From: Calditrichota bacterium | Lineage (GTDB): Bacteria; Electryoneota; Electryoneia; Electryoneales; Electryoneaceae | NCBI GenBank assembly: GCA_018263585.1 | Contig: JAANWZ010000130.1 | Span: forward strand, 14,062-78,061 | Length of the DNA stretch: 64,000 bases | Direction: 5' to 3' | Shown: positions 39,474-50,060 of the stretch, piece after piece | How positions within the stretch are numbered: position 1 is the first letter of the stretch | Layout: each line of letters begins with the position of its first letter | Made by a program: the position numbers and the translations under genes | The notes under the pieces: generated by a model | The model's database searches: none | The model's input: the letters and a program-made list of their open reading frames with translations, nothing else | Told to the model about the DNA's origin: nothing

Positions 39474-40637
39474 ATGGCGATAAAGACGACAGAAAAGCGG
39501 GTCGGCGTGCTGATGAGCGGCGGGGTGGACAGCTCCGTCGCGGCGGCGCTGCTGAAGCGGAAGGGATATCACGTTGTCGGCGTCACGCTCCAGCTCTGGG
39601 ATTATGAAACCAACGGACGGCGTCCCCCGGGCGAGCGCGGCTGCTGCGACATCTCGCACCAGATGGACGCCCGCTTCGTCTGCCACCATCTCGGCGTCGA
39701 ACACGTCGTCCTCGACCTGCGTGACGCCTTCCGCCGCGCGGTGGTCGGGCCCTACGAAAACGCCTACCTTTCCGGGAGAACGCCGAATCCGTGCATCGCC
39801 TGTAACACGCACATCAAGTGGGCGGAGGTGATCAGGCGCGCGCCGGTGTTCGGGCTCGATTTCATCGCGACCGGCCACTACGCGCGCGTGGTTCGCGGCC
39901 GGGACGGCGTCCGGCTCGAGAAGGGCGTCGATCGCGCGAAGGACCAGAGCTACGCGCTGTGGCAGATCCCGCGGCACGTGCTCGCGCGCACGATCTTCCC
40001 GCTCGGCACGTGGACGAAGCGTTCGATACGGGAAGAGGCGCGTCAGCTCGGCCTGCGCACGGCCGACAAGCCCGAGAGCCAGGAGGTCTGCTTCATCGAC
40101 GGCCGCTACGACGAGCACCTGCGCGAGGAGTACGCGGACCGGGTTTCGCGGATCGGCGCGGGCGAGATCGTGGACACCGCGGGGCGCACGCTCGGCGGGC
40201 ACAGCGGCTTTTTCTCGTTTACGATCGGCCAGCGGAAAGGGCTCGACATTTCCGACGGCCGGGGCCCGTATTACGTGACCGAGCTCGACGCGGCGCGTAA
40301 CCGGGTCGTCGTCGGCGACCGCCGTTCGCTCGCGCGCACAGGCCTCGTCGCGGTCGAGCCGAACTGGGTGTCGTTCGACCCGCCGGAGCGGCCGGAGCGG
40401 TGCGCGGTGAAGGTGCGCTACAATGACCCGGCCGGCGCGCCCGCGACCGTGCATCCGCCTGAAGATGGACGCGTGCTGATTCGGTTCGACAACCCGGTCG
40501 ATGCGGTCACCCCCGGCCAGTCCGCGGTCTGGTATCGCGGAAACGCCGTCTGGGGCGGCGGAATCATCAGCCGCGCGTTGAAGGACGGTGACGCGGCGGC
40601 AGACAGTCACAGGATGAACCTCGAGGCAGACTGGTGA
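39474..40637 (+). CDS. mnmA: tRNA-specific 2-thiouridylase
   Basis: PP-loop SGGVDSSVAA. Catalytic Cys motifs. Full-length MnmA. Confidence 0.88.
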   Translation: MAIKTTEKRVGVLMSGGVDSSVAAALLKRKGYHVVGVTLQLWDYETNGRRPPGERGCCDISHQMDARFVCHHLGVEHVVLDLRDAFRRAVVGPYENAYLSGRTPNPCIACNTHIKWAEVIRRAPVFGLDFIATGHYARVVRGRDGVRLEKGVDRAKDQSYALWQIPRHVLARTIFPLGTWTKRSIREEARQLGLRTADKPESQEVCFIDGRYDEHLREEYADRVSRIGAGEIVDTAGRTLGGHSGFFSFTIGQRKGLDISDGRGPYYVTELDAARNRVVVGDRRSLARTGLVAVEPNWVSFDPPERPERCAVKVRYNDPAGAPATVHPPEDGRVLIRFDNPVDAVTPGQSAVWYRGNAVWGGGIISRALKDGDAAADSHRMNLEADW

Positions 40638-40788
40638 AAAAGGCGTGATCGTCCGTCATGCTGAACGAAGTGAAGCAGGTCCAGGTTCGCAAAGGGTCGG
40701 TCTCATAAGCCAACCTGTTGATAACTCGGATCTTTCCTTCACTGCGTTCAGGACATGCTTCCGCCGCCTGCGGCGGCGTCAGAATGAC
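40638..40788. repeat. MITE/REP-like element, copy G
   Basis: GGCGTGATC..GTCATGCTGAACGAAGTGAAGCAGGTCCAGGTT...GGATCTTTCCTTCACTGCGTTCAGGACATG...GTCAGAATGAC. Confidence 0.85.
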
Positions 40789-40856
40789 ATGCCACCGGCG
40801 GTCGGCGGTTCATCAAGCTGGAAATACTTCATCAACAGTCTCGATGGGGAGCGCTG

Positions 40857-41660
40857 ATGGCGCGCAACAAGATCACGGCACCGCGGATCGTCGAGATGAA
40901 GCGGGAGGGAGTCCCGATCGCCGCGCTCACCGCGTATGACGCAACGTTCGCCGCGGTGCAGGACAAGGCCGGGCTCGACATCATCCTCGTCGGCGACTCC
41001 GCCGGCATGGTCGTCGCCGGCGACCCGGACACGCTGTCGATCACACTCGACGAGATGATCTTCCTCTGCCGCAACGCGAGCCGCGGGGTGAAACACGCGC
41101 TGCTGGTCGGGGACATGCCGTTCGGGTCCGCGCAGCTCTCCACTGAAGCGACAATCTCCGCCGCGGTCCGGTTCATGAAGGAGGGGCGCGCGGAGGCGGT
41201 GAAGGTCGAAGGCGCCGGCCCGGCGCTCGCGGCGATCAGGCGGATGACCGCGATGGGAATCCCGATCATGGGCCATCTCGGGCTCACGCCGCAGTCGGTG
41301 AACTCGTTCGGCGGCTACGGCCTGCGTGGCGCGACCGACATCGAAGCGCAGCGGATCCGCGACGACGCGCTCGCGCTCCAGGACGCGGGCGTGTTCTCGA
41401 TCGTGCTCGAGAAGATCCCGATCGAACTCGCGCGCGTGGTCACTGAGGACCTGGACGTTCCGACAATCGGGATCGGTGCGGGCCCGCACTGCGACGGGCA
41501 GATCCTCGTCAGCTACGACATGTTCGGGCTCGGCCCGAAGTTCCGGTTCGTGCGCCGCTACCTGGAGGGGGACCGGCTGATCGACGGCGCTGTCCGCAAG
41601 TACATCGAGGATGTGCGCAACCGCGACTTTCCCAGCGAAGACGAGAGTTTCGCCGGATGA
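40857..41660 (+). CDS. panB: 3-methyl-2-oxobutanoate hydroxymethyltransferase
   Basis: LTAYD...VGDSAGMV...GHLGLTPQS motifs. Confidence 0.9.
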   Translation: MARNKITAPRIVEMKREGVPIAALTAYDATFAAVQDKAGLDIILVGDSAGMVVAGDPDTLSITLDEMIFLCRNASRGVKHALLVGDMPFGSAQLSTEATISAAVRFMKEGRAEAVKVEGAGPALAAIRRMTAMGIPIMGHLGLTPQSVNSFGGYGLRGATDIEAQRIRDDALALQDAGVFSIVLEKIPIELARVVTEDLDVPTIGIGAGPHCDGQILVSYDMFGLGPKFRFVRRYLEGDRLIDGAVRKYIEDVRNRDFPSEDESFAG

Positions 41661-42505
41661 ATGTGCTCGCGACCGCGGATGAGATGCGCCGCTGGACCGT
41701 GCAGCGCAAGGCCGCCGGCGAGTCGGTCGGCCTCGTCCCGACGATGGGCTACCTGCACGAAGCCCACCTCAGCCTCGTCGATCTCGCGAAGCGCGCATCC
41801 GGTGCGGTCGTTGTCAGCGTGTTCGTCAACCCGACCCAGTTCGGCCCGGGCGAGGACTACGAGGCGTACCCGCGCGACGAAGAGCGCGACCTCCGCCTCT
41901 GCCGGGAACGAGGCGTCGCGGCGGTCTATCTGCCGCCGGTGTCGGAGATGTATCCGGAAGGGTATGCGACCTACGTCGAGGTCGAAGGTCTCGGCGACCA
42001 GCTCTGCGGCGCGAGCCGGCCCGGTCATTTCCGCGGCGTGTGCACGGTCGTGAGCAAGCTGTTCAACGCCGTGCAGCCCGACGTCGCCGTGTTCGGTAGA
42101 AAAGACGCGCAGCAGGCGCGCATCCTCGAGCGGATGACCTCCGACCTGCAGTTCGGGATCCGGATCGTGCTCGGCGACACGCTCCGGGAACACGACGGGC
42201 TCGCGATGAGCAGCCGCAATGTCCGCCTCTCGCGCGAACATCGGGCGCAGGCGCCGGCGCTTTACCGCGGGTTGCGGGACGCGCTCCGCCTGTTCGAACG
42301 TGGCGAGCGGTCGGCGAGTGAGATCGTGCGCGCCGCCCGCGAGCGAATCGAACGCGACGCGCCGGGCGGCGACGTCGAGTACGTCGAACTCGTGGACTGG
42401 AACACACTTGCGCCGGTCACGTCGATCGAACGGACCGCGCTGCTCGCGCTCGCTGTGCGGTTCGGGCCGGTGCGGCTGATCGACAACGTGCTGCTGGAGG
42501 TCTGA
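41657..42505 (+). CDS. panC: Pantoate--beta-alanine ligase
   Basis: ATGA overlap with panB. PTMGYLHEAH HIGH-like motif. Confidence 0.9.
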   Translation: MNVLATADEMRRWTVQRKAAGESVGLVPTMGYLHEAHLSLVDLAKRASGAVVVSVFVNPTQFGPGEDYEAYPRDEERDLRLCRERGVAAVYLPPVSEMYPEGYATYVEVEGLGDQLCGASRPGHFRGVCTVVSKLFNAVQPDVAVFGRKDAQQARILERMTSDLQFGIRIVLGDTLREHDGLAMSSRNVRLSREHRAQAPALYRGLRDALRLFERGERSASEIVRAARERIERDAPGGDVEYVELVDWNTLAPVTSIERTALLALAVRFGPVRLIDNVLLEV

Positions 42506-43257
42506 TGTCCGGAGATCGGAAACTGGCGGCGATCATCATGGCCGCCGGGCACGGGAAACGGATGAAGTCAGAACTGCCGAAGGTGCTGCACGAAGTCGGC
42601 GGCGAACCGATGCTCGCGCATGTGATCGCGCAGGCGAAGAGCAGCGGCGCCGAGAGGGTCGTGGTTGTCGTCGGCCACAGGCGCGAGCTCGTGTTTCCGG
42701 TCGTGGAACGGGCAGGCGTCGAAGCGGCGGTGCAGGAACAGCAGCTCGGAACCGGTCACGCGGTGAAGGCCGCCGCCGGCCATTTCACCGACTACGACGG
42801 CGAAATCCTCGTCCTTTCCGGGGACGTACCATTGCTCAGCGAGGAAACGATCCGCGGCGCGGTCGAGTATCACCGGTCGAAAGGGGCCGTCGCGACCGTA
42901 ATCACCGCCGAGGCGCCCGATCCGATCGGGTACGGGCGCATCCTCCGCGGCCGGGACGGCAACGTCGTCGCGATCCGCGAGCACAAGGACTGTACTGAGC
43001 AGGAGCGGCGCGTGCGCGAGATCAACTCCGGGATCTACCTGTACGACGCGCGCCGGCTGTTTCCCGAGCTCGACAATTTGAGCAACGACAACGCGCAGGG
43101 GGAGTACTATCTCACGGACGTGTTCGAGGCGTTCTTCGCCGCCGGTCTCCCGGTTGCCGCGTACACGGCCGAGTTCGGCGAGATCCACGGCGTCAACGAC
43201 CGCGACGATCTCGCCGAAGCCGAGCAGATCTGGCGCGAACGTCGCCGCTCCGCTTGA
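42505..43257 (+). CDS. Sugar-phosphate nucleotidyltransferase (GlmU N-terminal-like, 250 aa)
   Basis: AIIMAAGHGKRMKS (GxGxRM) and EQQLGTGHAV motifs. No LbH acetyltransferase domain. Confidence 0.65.
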   Translation: MSGDRKLAAIIMAAGHGKRMKSELPKVLHEVGGEPMLAHVIAQAKSSGAERVVVVVGHRRELVFPVVERAGVEAAVQEQQLGTGHAVKAAAGHFTDYDGEILVLSGDVPLLSEETIRGAVEYHRSKGAVATVITAEAPDPIGYGRILRGRDGNVVAIREHKDCTEQERRVREINSGIYLYDARRLFPELDNLSNDNAQGEYYLTDVFEAFFAAGLPVAAYTAEFGEIHGVNDRDDLAEAEQIWRERRRSA

Positions 43258-43308
43258 TTCGACCACGCGCGCTGGGTACTTTCGTGAGCGGTCACGAGAG
43301 GAGGATGT

Positions 43309-43908
43309 ATGAGACGACTTGGAACTGCAATTGTGCTGGCGGTGCTGCTCTCCGTCGCGACGTTCGACGGCGCGTACGGCCAGTCTCCCTACCGTGATAC
43401 GAAACCGCCGACGACCACCGAAACCCTGCGCCAGCCCGTGATCGATGACGGTGGTCAGGGGTTCTCCGGCCTGCTCGATCTGTCGCGCCTCTCGATGGAC
43501 CACCAGTTCGGAATGGGCTACATGAGCAGCGGCGGGCGCGGGTACACGCAGGGCTACTATCTGAACACGCTCACCTACCGGTTCAACGCGCCGGTGCTGC
43601 TGCGTCTGCGCACGGGAGTGACGAACAACCCGTTCGCGCAGAGCGGCTCGATGACCCGGCCCGGGCAGTCCGCGATGAGCGCGTTTTTCAACAACGCCGA
43701 GTTCTTCGGCGGCGCCGACCTGCTCTGGAAACCGAGCGAGAACACGCGGCTGATGATTTCGGTCGAGCGCACGCCGCCGGGTATGTTCGGCGGCGGGAGG
43801 TACGTGAACCCGTACGGCTCGCCGGGCTTCTGGAATCGGGGCGGCTTCGGAGCCTATCACCCGGCGTACGGCTTCGACGACCCGGGCTTCGACCCGCACC
43901 GGAATTAG
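43309..43908 (+). CDS. Secreted Gly-rich hypothetical protein
   Basis: GGAGGA RBS. Signal peptide. Good GC3. No family recognised. Confidence 0.45.
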   Translation: MRRLGTAIVLAVLLSVATFDGAYGQSPYRDTKPPTTTETLRQPVIDDGGQGFSGLLDLSRLSMDHQFGMGYMSSGGRGYTQGYYLNTLTYRFNAPVLLRLRTGVTNNPFAQSGSMTRPGQSAMSAFFNNAEFFGGADLLWKPSENTRLMISVERTPPGMFGGGRYVNPYGSPGFWNRGGFGAYHPAYGFDDPGFDPHRN

Positions 43909-43943
43909 CGGACCGAATCACATGAAACGAGGTTTGATATTGC

Positions 43944-44120
43944 GTCATTCTGAACGCAGCCCGATGTCAGTTTATCGGGCGCAGTGAAGTTTATCCTGAA
44001 CGAAGTGAAGGGAAGGTCCAGGTAGATAAACTGTTGTAAATGCATATATTACCGATGTCATACTCGGACCTTTCCTTCACTGCCTTCAGGACATGCTTCA
44101 GCCGCGTGCGGCAAACTGAC
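43944..44120. repeat. MITE/REP-like element, modular copy H
   Basis: GTCATTCTGAACGCAGCCCGAT..ATCGGGCGCAGTGAAG module, then the CTGAACGAAGTGAAGGGAAGGTCCAGGT...GGACCTTTCCTTCACTGCCTTCAGGACATG module. Confidence 0.75.
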
Positions 44121-44239
44121 GCCGGCCGCGGCTTCAGGGTGACCGTGAGTCACCCGTTGTTCCATGTGATCCGGTCCACGAGCGGCGTGTGAGGACCGGC
44201 GGTTCGATCTGACGAGATGAGGGGGAGGTCCGGAACAGC

Positions 44240-44845
44240 ATGAACCGGGTGCCGGCGCGCGGCGGACAGAGACGATCCACGAACGACCTCGAGCGCAAAG
44301 TCACGGCCCTGTCGTGGCTTGTCGGCCTGCAGGTCGTTCTTTTGCTCGTGCTCGTCGGCTTCGAGGTCGCGGACCTGTGGGCGGCGGGCGCGAGGGAGCT
44401 CAGCGACCGCGTCGGGCTCGACTCCGGGAACCCGTCCGCGGAACTCGCGGCCGGCGGGGCGATGCATGAGGCCGCCGGGGGACGCGCGGATCAGCAGGCG
44501 GCGCACGAGCCCGGCGACGTTCTCCCTCCGGAGGCGGAGCCGATCCGCCCGGTGCGCATCGAGATCCTCAACGGCTGCGGCGTGAACGGGCTCGCCGCGA
44601 GCTACGCGCGGATCCTGCGCAACGCCGGGTTCGACGTCCGCGACACGCGCAACGCCGACCGGCTCGACTACGAACACTCCCGCGTGATCGACCGCGGCTC
44701 GCTTCCCGGCGCGGGACTGAAACTGGCGTCGGAGTTGGGCATCCCGGCCGACTCGCTGAGGCGTGAATCCGATCCGGGCCTCGTCGATGTCGACGTGACC
44801 CTGATCCTCGGCAACGACTACAAAACACTGAAACTCCAACCCTGA
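44240..44845 (+). CDS. LytR_C (LytR cell-envelope-related C-terminal) domain membrane protein
   Basis: TM helix. VRIEILNGCGVNGLAASYARILRNAGFDV is the LytR_C signature. Confidence 0.6.
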   Translation: MNRVPARGGQRRSTNDLERKVTALSWLVGLQVVLLLVLVGFEVADLWAAGARELSDRVGLDSGNPSAELAAGGAMHEAAGGRADQQAAHEPGDVLPPEAEPIRPVRIEILNGCGVNGLAASYARILRNAGFDVRDTRNADRLDYEHSRVIDRGSLPGAGLKLASELGIPADSLRRESDPGLVDVDVTLILGNDYKTLKLQP

Positions 44846-44847
44846 CC

Positions 44848-45216
44848 TTGACTTCCCACCAGATTGCGAGCAAAGTCGCTCGGTTCGCTCTCGAGAAACA
44901 GGCCGAAGATGTGCTCGTGCTTGACCTCCGCGAGCTGACCACGATCGCCGACTACTTCGTGATTGTCACCGGAACCGTGGACGTGCACCTGAGGGCGATC
45001 ATCGATCACGTGGAACGCGAGCTGCGCAGACTCGAAGAGCCGATCAAACCTTTGCACGTTGAAGGCTACACTCATCTCAATTGGGTTCTGGTCGATCTCG
45101 GTGAGGTCGTGCTGCACGCGTTCCAGCCGGAGGCGCGCCGGTACTATCAGCTCGAGCAGTTGTGGGGCGATGCGCCCACGGAACGCCTGGAGAACGTCGC
45201 GGACATTCGCTCCTGA
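44848..45216 (+). CDS. rsfS: Ribosome silencing factor RsfS (Iojap)
   Basis: TTG start. EDVLVLDLRELTTIADYFVIVTG. Sits upstream of argS. Confidence 0.8.
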   Translation: MTSHQIASKVARFALEKQAEDVLVLDLRELTTIADYFVIVTGTVDVHLRAIIDHVERELRRLEEPIKPLHVEGYTHLNWVLVDLGEVVLHAFQPEARRYYQLEQLWGDAPTERLENVADIRS

Positions 45217-45246
45217 CCCGCCGAGTCACGCGAAACGAGACGCGCG

Positions 45247-46839
45247 ATGAACCTGAAGGACCGGCTCACCCAGTCATTGCGCCCGCTTGTCGGGCCGGAT
45301 GTCGAGATCCGCTGGACGATCCCGAAACACAAGCGGCAGGGGGATCTCTCGACGAACGCGGCGATGATCGCTGCGGGCCGGCGCGGTGTGCCGCCCCGCG
45401 AACTCGCGCAGGAACTGGCACGCGCGATTCCCGCCCGCGAGCTCGCGCTCGAGAAGGTCGAGGTCGCCGGCCCCGGGTTCGTGAATGTGTGGGTCGGCGC
45501 GGAATACTACCAGTCGGTGGTGCACGAGATCCTGCGCGAGGGGCCGGCGTACGGCGCGTCCGCAGCGGGCGGCGGTCGCAGCGTGATCGTCGAGTTCGTG
45601 AGCGCGAACCCGACCGGTCCGCTCAACGTCGTCAGCGCCCGCGCCGGCGCGATCGGCGACAGCCTCGTCCGCGTGTTGCGCAAGGCGGGCTACCGGGTCT
45701 CCGCCGAGTTCTACGTGAACGATTCGGGCCGGCAGGTGCGCCGTCTTGGCGAGTCCGTGATCGCGCGCGCGCGCGGAAAGCAGCCGCCGGAGGACGGCTA
45801 TCACGGCGGAGATGTGATCGAACTCGCGCGCCGCATCTACGCCGGCCGCGACCCGTCCGAAGCGGACGACTCCGACGAGATCGGCCGGCTCGCCGCCGAA
45901 CACAACGTCGAGCGCCAGCGCGCCGTGCTCGACCGCTACCGCGTTGCGTTCGACCGCTGGTTCCGCGAGAGCGAGCTGCACGAACAGGACGCGCCCGCGC
46001 GCGCGCTGGAACAGTTGCGCGAACGGGGCGCGATCTACGAGAAGGACGGGGCGACGTGGTTCGCCGGGAGCCGATTCGGCGACGACGAGGACCGGGTTGT
46101 CGTCACCAGCGGCGGCCGCCCCACATATTTGCTGCCCGACCTCGCCTACCATTTGAACAAGGCCGCGCGCGGCAACAAAACCGCGATCGACCTGCTCGGG
46201 CCTGACCATCACGACTACGTGAACCGGATGCAGGCCGCGCTCACCGCGCTCGGCCACGACAGGTTTCTCGAGGTGCTGATCGTGCAGCAGGTGCACCTCG
46301 TCCGGGGCGGGGAGCGGGTGAAGATGTCGAAACGCGCGGGTAAACTGGTCACGCTCGGGGAATTGCTCGAGGAGGTCGGCGTCGATGTCGCCCGCTATTT
46401 CTTCCTCCAGCGGAAGACATCGACGCCGCTCGAGTTCGATCTTGATCTGGCACGTGAACAGAGCGACCGTAACCCGGTCTATTACGTGCAATACGCGCAC
46501 ACGCGCATCCGCGGCATTCTCCGCCAGGAGGGGTTCCCGTCCCCGAATGCGGACAGCGACCTGTCGCCGCTCGGTCAGCCGGAAGAGATCGAGCTGATCA
46601 AGCATCTCGAGCGGTTCGGGGAGACGATCGCGCGGGCGGCGGACACCCGCGAGCCGCAGCGGCTCGTCGGCTACCTCGAGGAGATCGCGAACCGGTTCCA
46701 CAAGTTCTACACCGCGCACCGGGTTGTCGGCGTCGAACCGGACGTTTCCGAGGCGCGCGGGGCGCTCGTGCTCGCGGCCGGGATCGTACTCAAGGAAGGG
46801 TTGAACCTGCTCGGCGTACACGCGCCGGAAAGGATGTGA
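45247..46839 (+). CDS. argS: Arginine--tRNA ligase
   Basis: 530 aa. Class I HIGH-like motif (SANPTGPLNV). MSKRAG. C-terminal DALR domain ending ...ERM. Confidence 0.9.
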   Translation: MNLKDRLTQSLRPLVGPDVEIRWTIPKHKRQGDLSTNAAMIAAGRRGVPPRELAQELARAIPARELALEKVEVAGPGFVNVWVGAEYYQSVVHEILREGPAYGASAAGGGRSVIVEFVSANPTGPLNVVSARAGAIGDSLVRVLRKAGYRVSAEFYVNDSGRQVRRLGESVIARARGKQPPEDGYHGGDVIELARRIYAGRDPSEADDSDEIGRLAAEHNVERQRAVLDRYRVAFDRWFRESELHEQDAPARALEQLRERGAIYEKDGATWFAGSRFGDDEDRVVVTSGGRPTYLLPDLAYHLNKAARGNKTAIDLLGPDHHDYVNRMQAALTALGHDRFLEVLIVQQVHLVRGGERVKMSKRAGKLVTLGELLEEVGVDVARYFFLQRKTSTPLEFDLDLAREQSDRNPVYYVQYAHTRIRGILRQEGFPSPNADSDLSPLGQPEEIELIKHLERFGETIARAADTREPQRLVGYLEEIANRFHKFYTAHRVVGVEPDVSEARGALVLAAGIVLKEGLNLLGVHAPERM

Positions 46840-46840
46840 C

Positions 46841-47758
46841 GTGGGTGAGGGGGGCAGACCGATTCTCGTCGTCGGCTCGGCGGCGCTGGACACACTGCAC
46901 ACGCCGGCCGGGTCGGAGGAGGACGTGCTCGGCGGATCGTCGTTCTACTTCTCCGCGGCCGCGAGCCTGTTCGCGCCGGTCCGGCTCGTCGCCGTCGTCG
47001 GCACCGATTTCCCGCGCGAGCAGCTCGAGTTCATGAACGGGCGGCGTGTCGATCTCTCCGGCCTCGAAGTCGCTGACGGCGAGACGTTCCGCTGGGGAGG
47101 ACGGTACGGCGAGGACCCGAACCAGCGCGAGACCCTGTTCACCCGGCTCGGCGTGTTCGCACGGTTCGAGCCGAAGATCCCGGCGCATTTCCGCGACACG
47201 CCGCTCGTGTTTCTCGGCAACATCCACCCGAACCTGCAGTTGCGCGTGCTCGAGCAGATCGAACGGCCGGAACTCGTCGTGCTCGACACGATGAACTTCT
47301 GGATCCACGGCACGCCGGACGAGCTGCGCGAGGTGATCTCCCGCTGCAACATCCTGATTGTCAACGATGAAGAGGCTGGGGAGTTGACCGGCCGGGTTCA
47401 TCTGTTCGACGCGGCGCAGGAGCTGCTCGCCGGCGGGCTCGAGGCGCTCGTCGTGAAGAAGGGCCGGCACGGCGCGATCCTGTTCCGGCGAAACGAGCGG
47501 CCGTTTTTCGTCCCCGCCTACCCGGTGCCGGTTGTGAAGGATCCGACCGGCGCGGGAGACACGTTCGCCGGCGGGTTCCTCGGGTATCTCGCGCACGGCG
47601 AAGCGTCCGATCCCGCCGAGTGGCGCCGCGCGGTCGTGCACGGCACGGTGACCGCGTCCGCCACAGTCGAGGACTTCTCGCTGCGCGGTATCCTCGCGCT
47701 GAAGCCTGCGGACGTGGATCTTCGCGTCGGAGAACTGCGGGAGATGACGAGGTTCTGA
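46841..47758 (+). CDS. PfkB-family carbohydrate kinase
   Basis: DPTGAGDTFAGGFL anion-hole motif. GTG start. Confidence 0.75.
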   Translation: MGEGGRPILVVGSAALDTLHTPAGSEEDVLGGSSFYFSAAASLFAPVRLVAVVGTDFPREQLEFMNGRRVDLSGLEVADGETFRWGGRYGEDPNQRETLFTRLGVFARFEPKIPAHFRDTPLVFLGNIHPNLQLRVLEQIERPELVVLDTMNFWIHGTPDELREVISRCNILIVNDEEAGELTGRVHLFDAAQELLAGGLEALVVKKGRHGAILFRRNERPFFVPAYPVPVVKDPTGAGDTFAGGFLGYLAHGEASDPAEWRRAVVHGTVTASATVEDFSLRGILALKPADVDLRVGELREMTRF

Positions 47759-47760
47759 AG

Positions 47761-48756
47761 ATGACCGTGCCCCGCGGCCTCCACTGGGACGAGAAACAAC
47801 TGGAGTTCCTCGACCAGACGCTGCTCCCGGACGAGGCACGGAGCGTGCGCACGGACGACTGGCGGGACGTGGTCGCGGGGATCCGGCGGCTCGCGATCCG
47901 CGGTGCGCCGGCGATCGGGGTTGCGGGGGCGTGCGCGGTTGCGCTCGCGTTCCGCCGGGCCGACACGCGCGAACAGTTCGAGGACGCACTCGCGGAGATC
48001 GAGCGCGCGCGCCCGACCGCGGTCAACCTCGCGTGGGCGGTGAACCGGATGCGCGCCGTGATGCGAGCCGGCGGCGACCGTGAACGGTTCGAAGTCGAAC
48101 TCGCGCGGGAAGCGACCCGGATCGCGGAGGAGGACGCGCGCATGTGCGAGCGGATCGCCGTGCACGGCCAGCGCCTGATCCCGGAGAATTGCCGCGCGCT
48201 CACGCACTGCAACACGGGCGCGCTCGTCACGTACGGAATCGGGACCGCAACCGGCGTGCTCCGGCGCGCGCATGAACGCGCTGCGCTCGCGCATGTGTAC
48301 GCCTGCGAAACCCGCCCGCTCGGCCAGGGCGCGCGGCTCACGATCTGGGAGCTGGAAAGGCTGGAGATACCGGCCACTTTGCTCTGCGACTCCGCGGCCG
48401 GCCGTCTGATGCAGGAGGGGAAAGTCGATCTCGTGATCGTCGGCGCGGACCGGATCGCGGCGAACGGCGACACGGCGAACAAAGTCGGCACCTATCCGCT
48501 CGCGGTGCTCGCACGCAGACACGGGATCCCGTTCTACGTAGCGGCGCCGTCCTCGAGTTTCGACCCGTCACTCGGCTCCGGAGACGAGATCCCGGTCGAG
48601 CAGCGTGACCCCGGCGAAGTTCGTATGTATGGTGGAGTTCGGATCACGGTCGAGGGTGCCGCGGCATACAATCCGGCGTTCGACATCACCCCGGCCGAGT
48701 TGATCAGCGCGTTCGTTCGCGAGGATGGGATCCATCGAGACCCTGCAACTTGGTAG
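47761..48756 (+). CDS. mtnA: Methylthioribose-1-phosphate isomerase (eIF-2B alpha/beta/delta family)
   Basis: AIRGAPAIGV...CNTGAL...GADRIAANGDTANKVGT motifs. Confidence 0.8.
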   Translation: MTVPRGLHWDEKQLEFLDQTLLPDEARSVRTDDWRDVVAGIRRLAIRGAPAIGVAGACAVALAFRRADTREQFEDALAEIERARPTAVNLAWAVNRMRAVMRAGGDRERFEVELAREATRIAEEDARMCERIAVHGQRLIPENCRALTHCNTGALVTYGIGTATGVLRRAHERAALAHVYACETRPLGQGARLTIWELERLEIPATLLCDSAAGRLMQEGKVDLVIVGADRIAANGDTANKVGTYPLAVLARRHGIPFYVAAPSSSFDPSLGSGDEIPVEQRDPGEVRMYGGVRITVEGAAAYNPAFDITPAELISAFVREDGIHRDPATW

Positions 48757-48866
48757 ATGGTCAGGCTTGACAGGATTTTCCTGTACCGGATATATTGAGA
48801 GGCTGGCAGGCTCCGGCCGGAACGTGGGGAGAGCCGCGCTCTGCGTGGCGAACACAAGAGGGGACT

Positions 48867-49958
48867 ATGCGTAACCCGAGGATCCGTATTGTCGCGGCTG
48901 TGACCGTCGCCGCCCTGCTTCTCGCGGCTCTTGCGGGGTGTACGAGCACAGCGGTCCGTTCCGCGAAAATCTACATGCAGCAGGAAGACCCCGAGAACGC
49001 GAAGGAGGTGTTGCTCGAAGGGCAGGCGGCGAATGCGGAAAACGCCGAGTACTGGTACGTGCTCGGGAAGGTCTATGCCGAGCTCGAAGAGTGGGAGAAT
49101 ATGAACGAGGCGTTCGCCGAGGCAGAGGAGCTCACCGACAAATACAACGAGGACATCCGGAACACACGCCAGGACGCGTGGCGGCTGAAGTACAACTCGG
49201 CGGTGACTCCGTTCAACGAGGGCGACTACGAGAAGGTCATCGAGATTCTCAACGTCGCGCAGAAGATCAAGCCCGGCGACGCGGAGACCCTGAAGCGGAT
49301 CGGCCTCTCCTACCTGCAGCTCGAAGAGTACGAGAAGGCCGAGCAGTACATGAGGGAGACGATCGCGAACGAGGGGGACACGCCGGATGTTTCGACCCGC
49401 TACAACCTGCTGATGCTGTACTGGTCGCAGGAAGACTACGAGAAGGCGATCGACCTCGTGAACGAGATCCTCGACGTCGGGCGCGACCTGCTGAATACGG
49501 AGCGGCTCAACGATGTAATCCAGAAGAAGGCGCTCGCGCTGCAGCAACTCGGGAGGAAGGAGGAGGCGATTCAGACCTGGGAGACGGCGATCGCCACGAA
49601 TCCGGACAACCCGGACTTCTATTTCAACAAGGCGATTCTGCTTCACGGGATGGAGCGGTTCGACGAGGCGGCGGCCGCCTACCTGAAGGTGATCGAGCTG
49701 AACCCGGAGGACAACGAGGCCCGAGTGAACGCCTCCCGCGCGCTCATGGCCGGGGAGAAGTGGGACCAGATCGTGCAGATTATGGAACCCTGGCTGTTCC
49801 CGGGCGGTGAGGTGGACGAGGAGACTGTCGTTGCCGAGGAAATGGACCCGTATCAGATCCTCCGCGCCGCCTACATCAATCTCGGCGAGGATGAGAAGGC
49901 GGACTCCCTCGCCCGGCTTCTCGTCAGGATGCAGGAAGAGAAAGAAGCGGGTTCCTGA
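48867..49958 (+). CDS. TPR-repeat lipoprotein
   Basis: Lipobox LAGC. Multiple TPR-like 34-aa repeats. Confidence 0.6.
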   Translation: MRNPRIRIVAAVTVAALLLAALAGCTSTAVRSAKIYMQQEDPENAKEVLLEGQAANAENAEYWYVLGKVYAELEEWENMNEAFAEAEELTDKYNEDIRNTRQDAWRLKYNSAVTPFNEGDYEKVIEILNVAQKIKPGDAETLKRIGLSYLQLEEYEKAEQYMRETIANEGDTPDVSTRYNLLMLYWSQEDYEKAIDLVNEILDVGRDLLNTERLNDVIQKKALALQQLGRKEEAIQTWETAIATNPDNPDFYFNKAILLHGMERFDEAAAAYLKVIELNPEDNEARVNASRALMAGEKWDQIVQIMEPWLFPGGEVDEETVVAEEMDPYQILRAAYINLGEDEKADSLARLLVRMQEEKEAGS

Positions 49959-50060
49959 GGCAGCGGAGAACGCGACGTCGGCGGCGAGGCGGATCGTCCG
50001 GATCTGTCTCGCCGGTTCATCGCAACCCCTCCGTTCAACCGCGGCATATCGGTTTACGCA

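Noticed and set aside
40645-40857. Small ORFs 40645..40857 and 62045..62302 with near-identical peptides (…LSFTAFRT(C/W)FRRLRRRQND…)
   Set aside because: Both lie entirely inside MITE copies G and I. The similarity reflects repeated DNA, not a conserved protein. Other copies are in different frames or strands.
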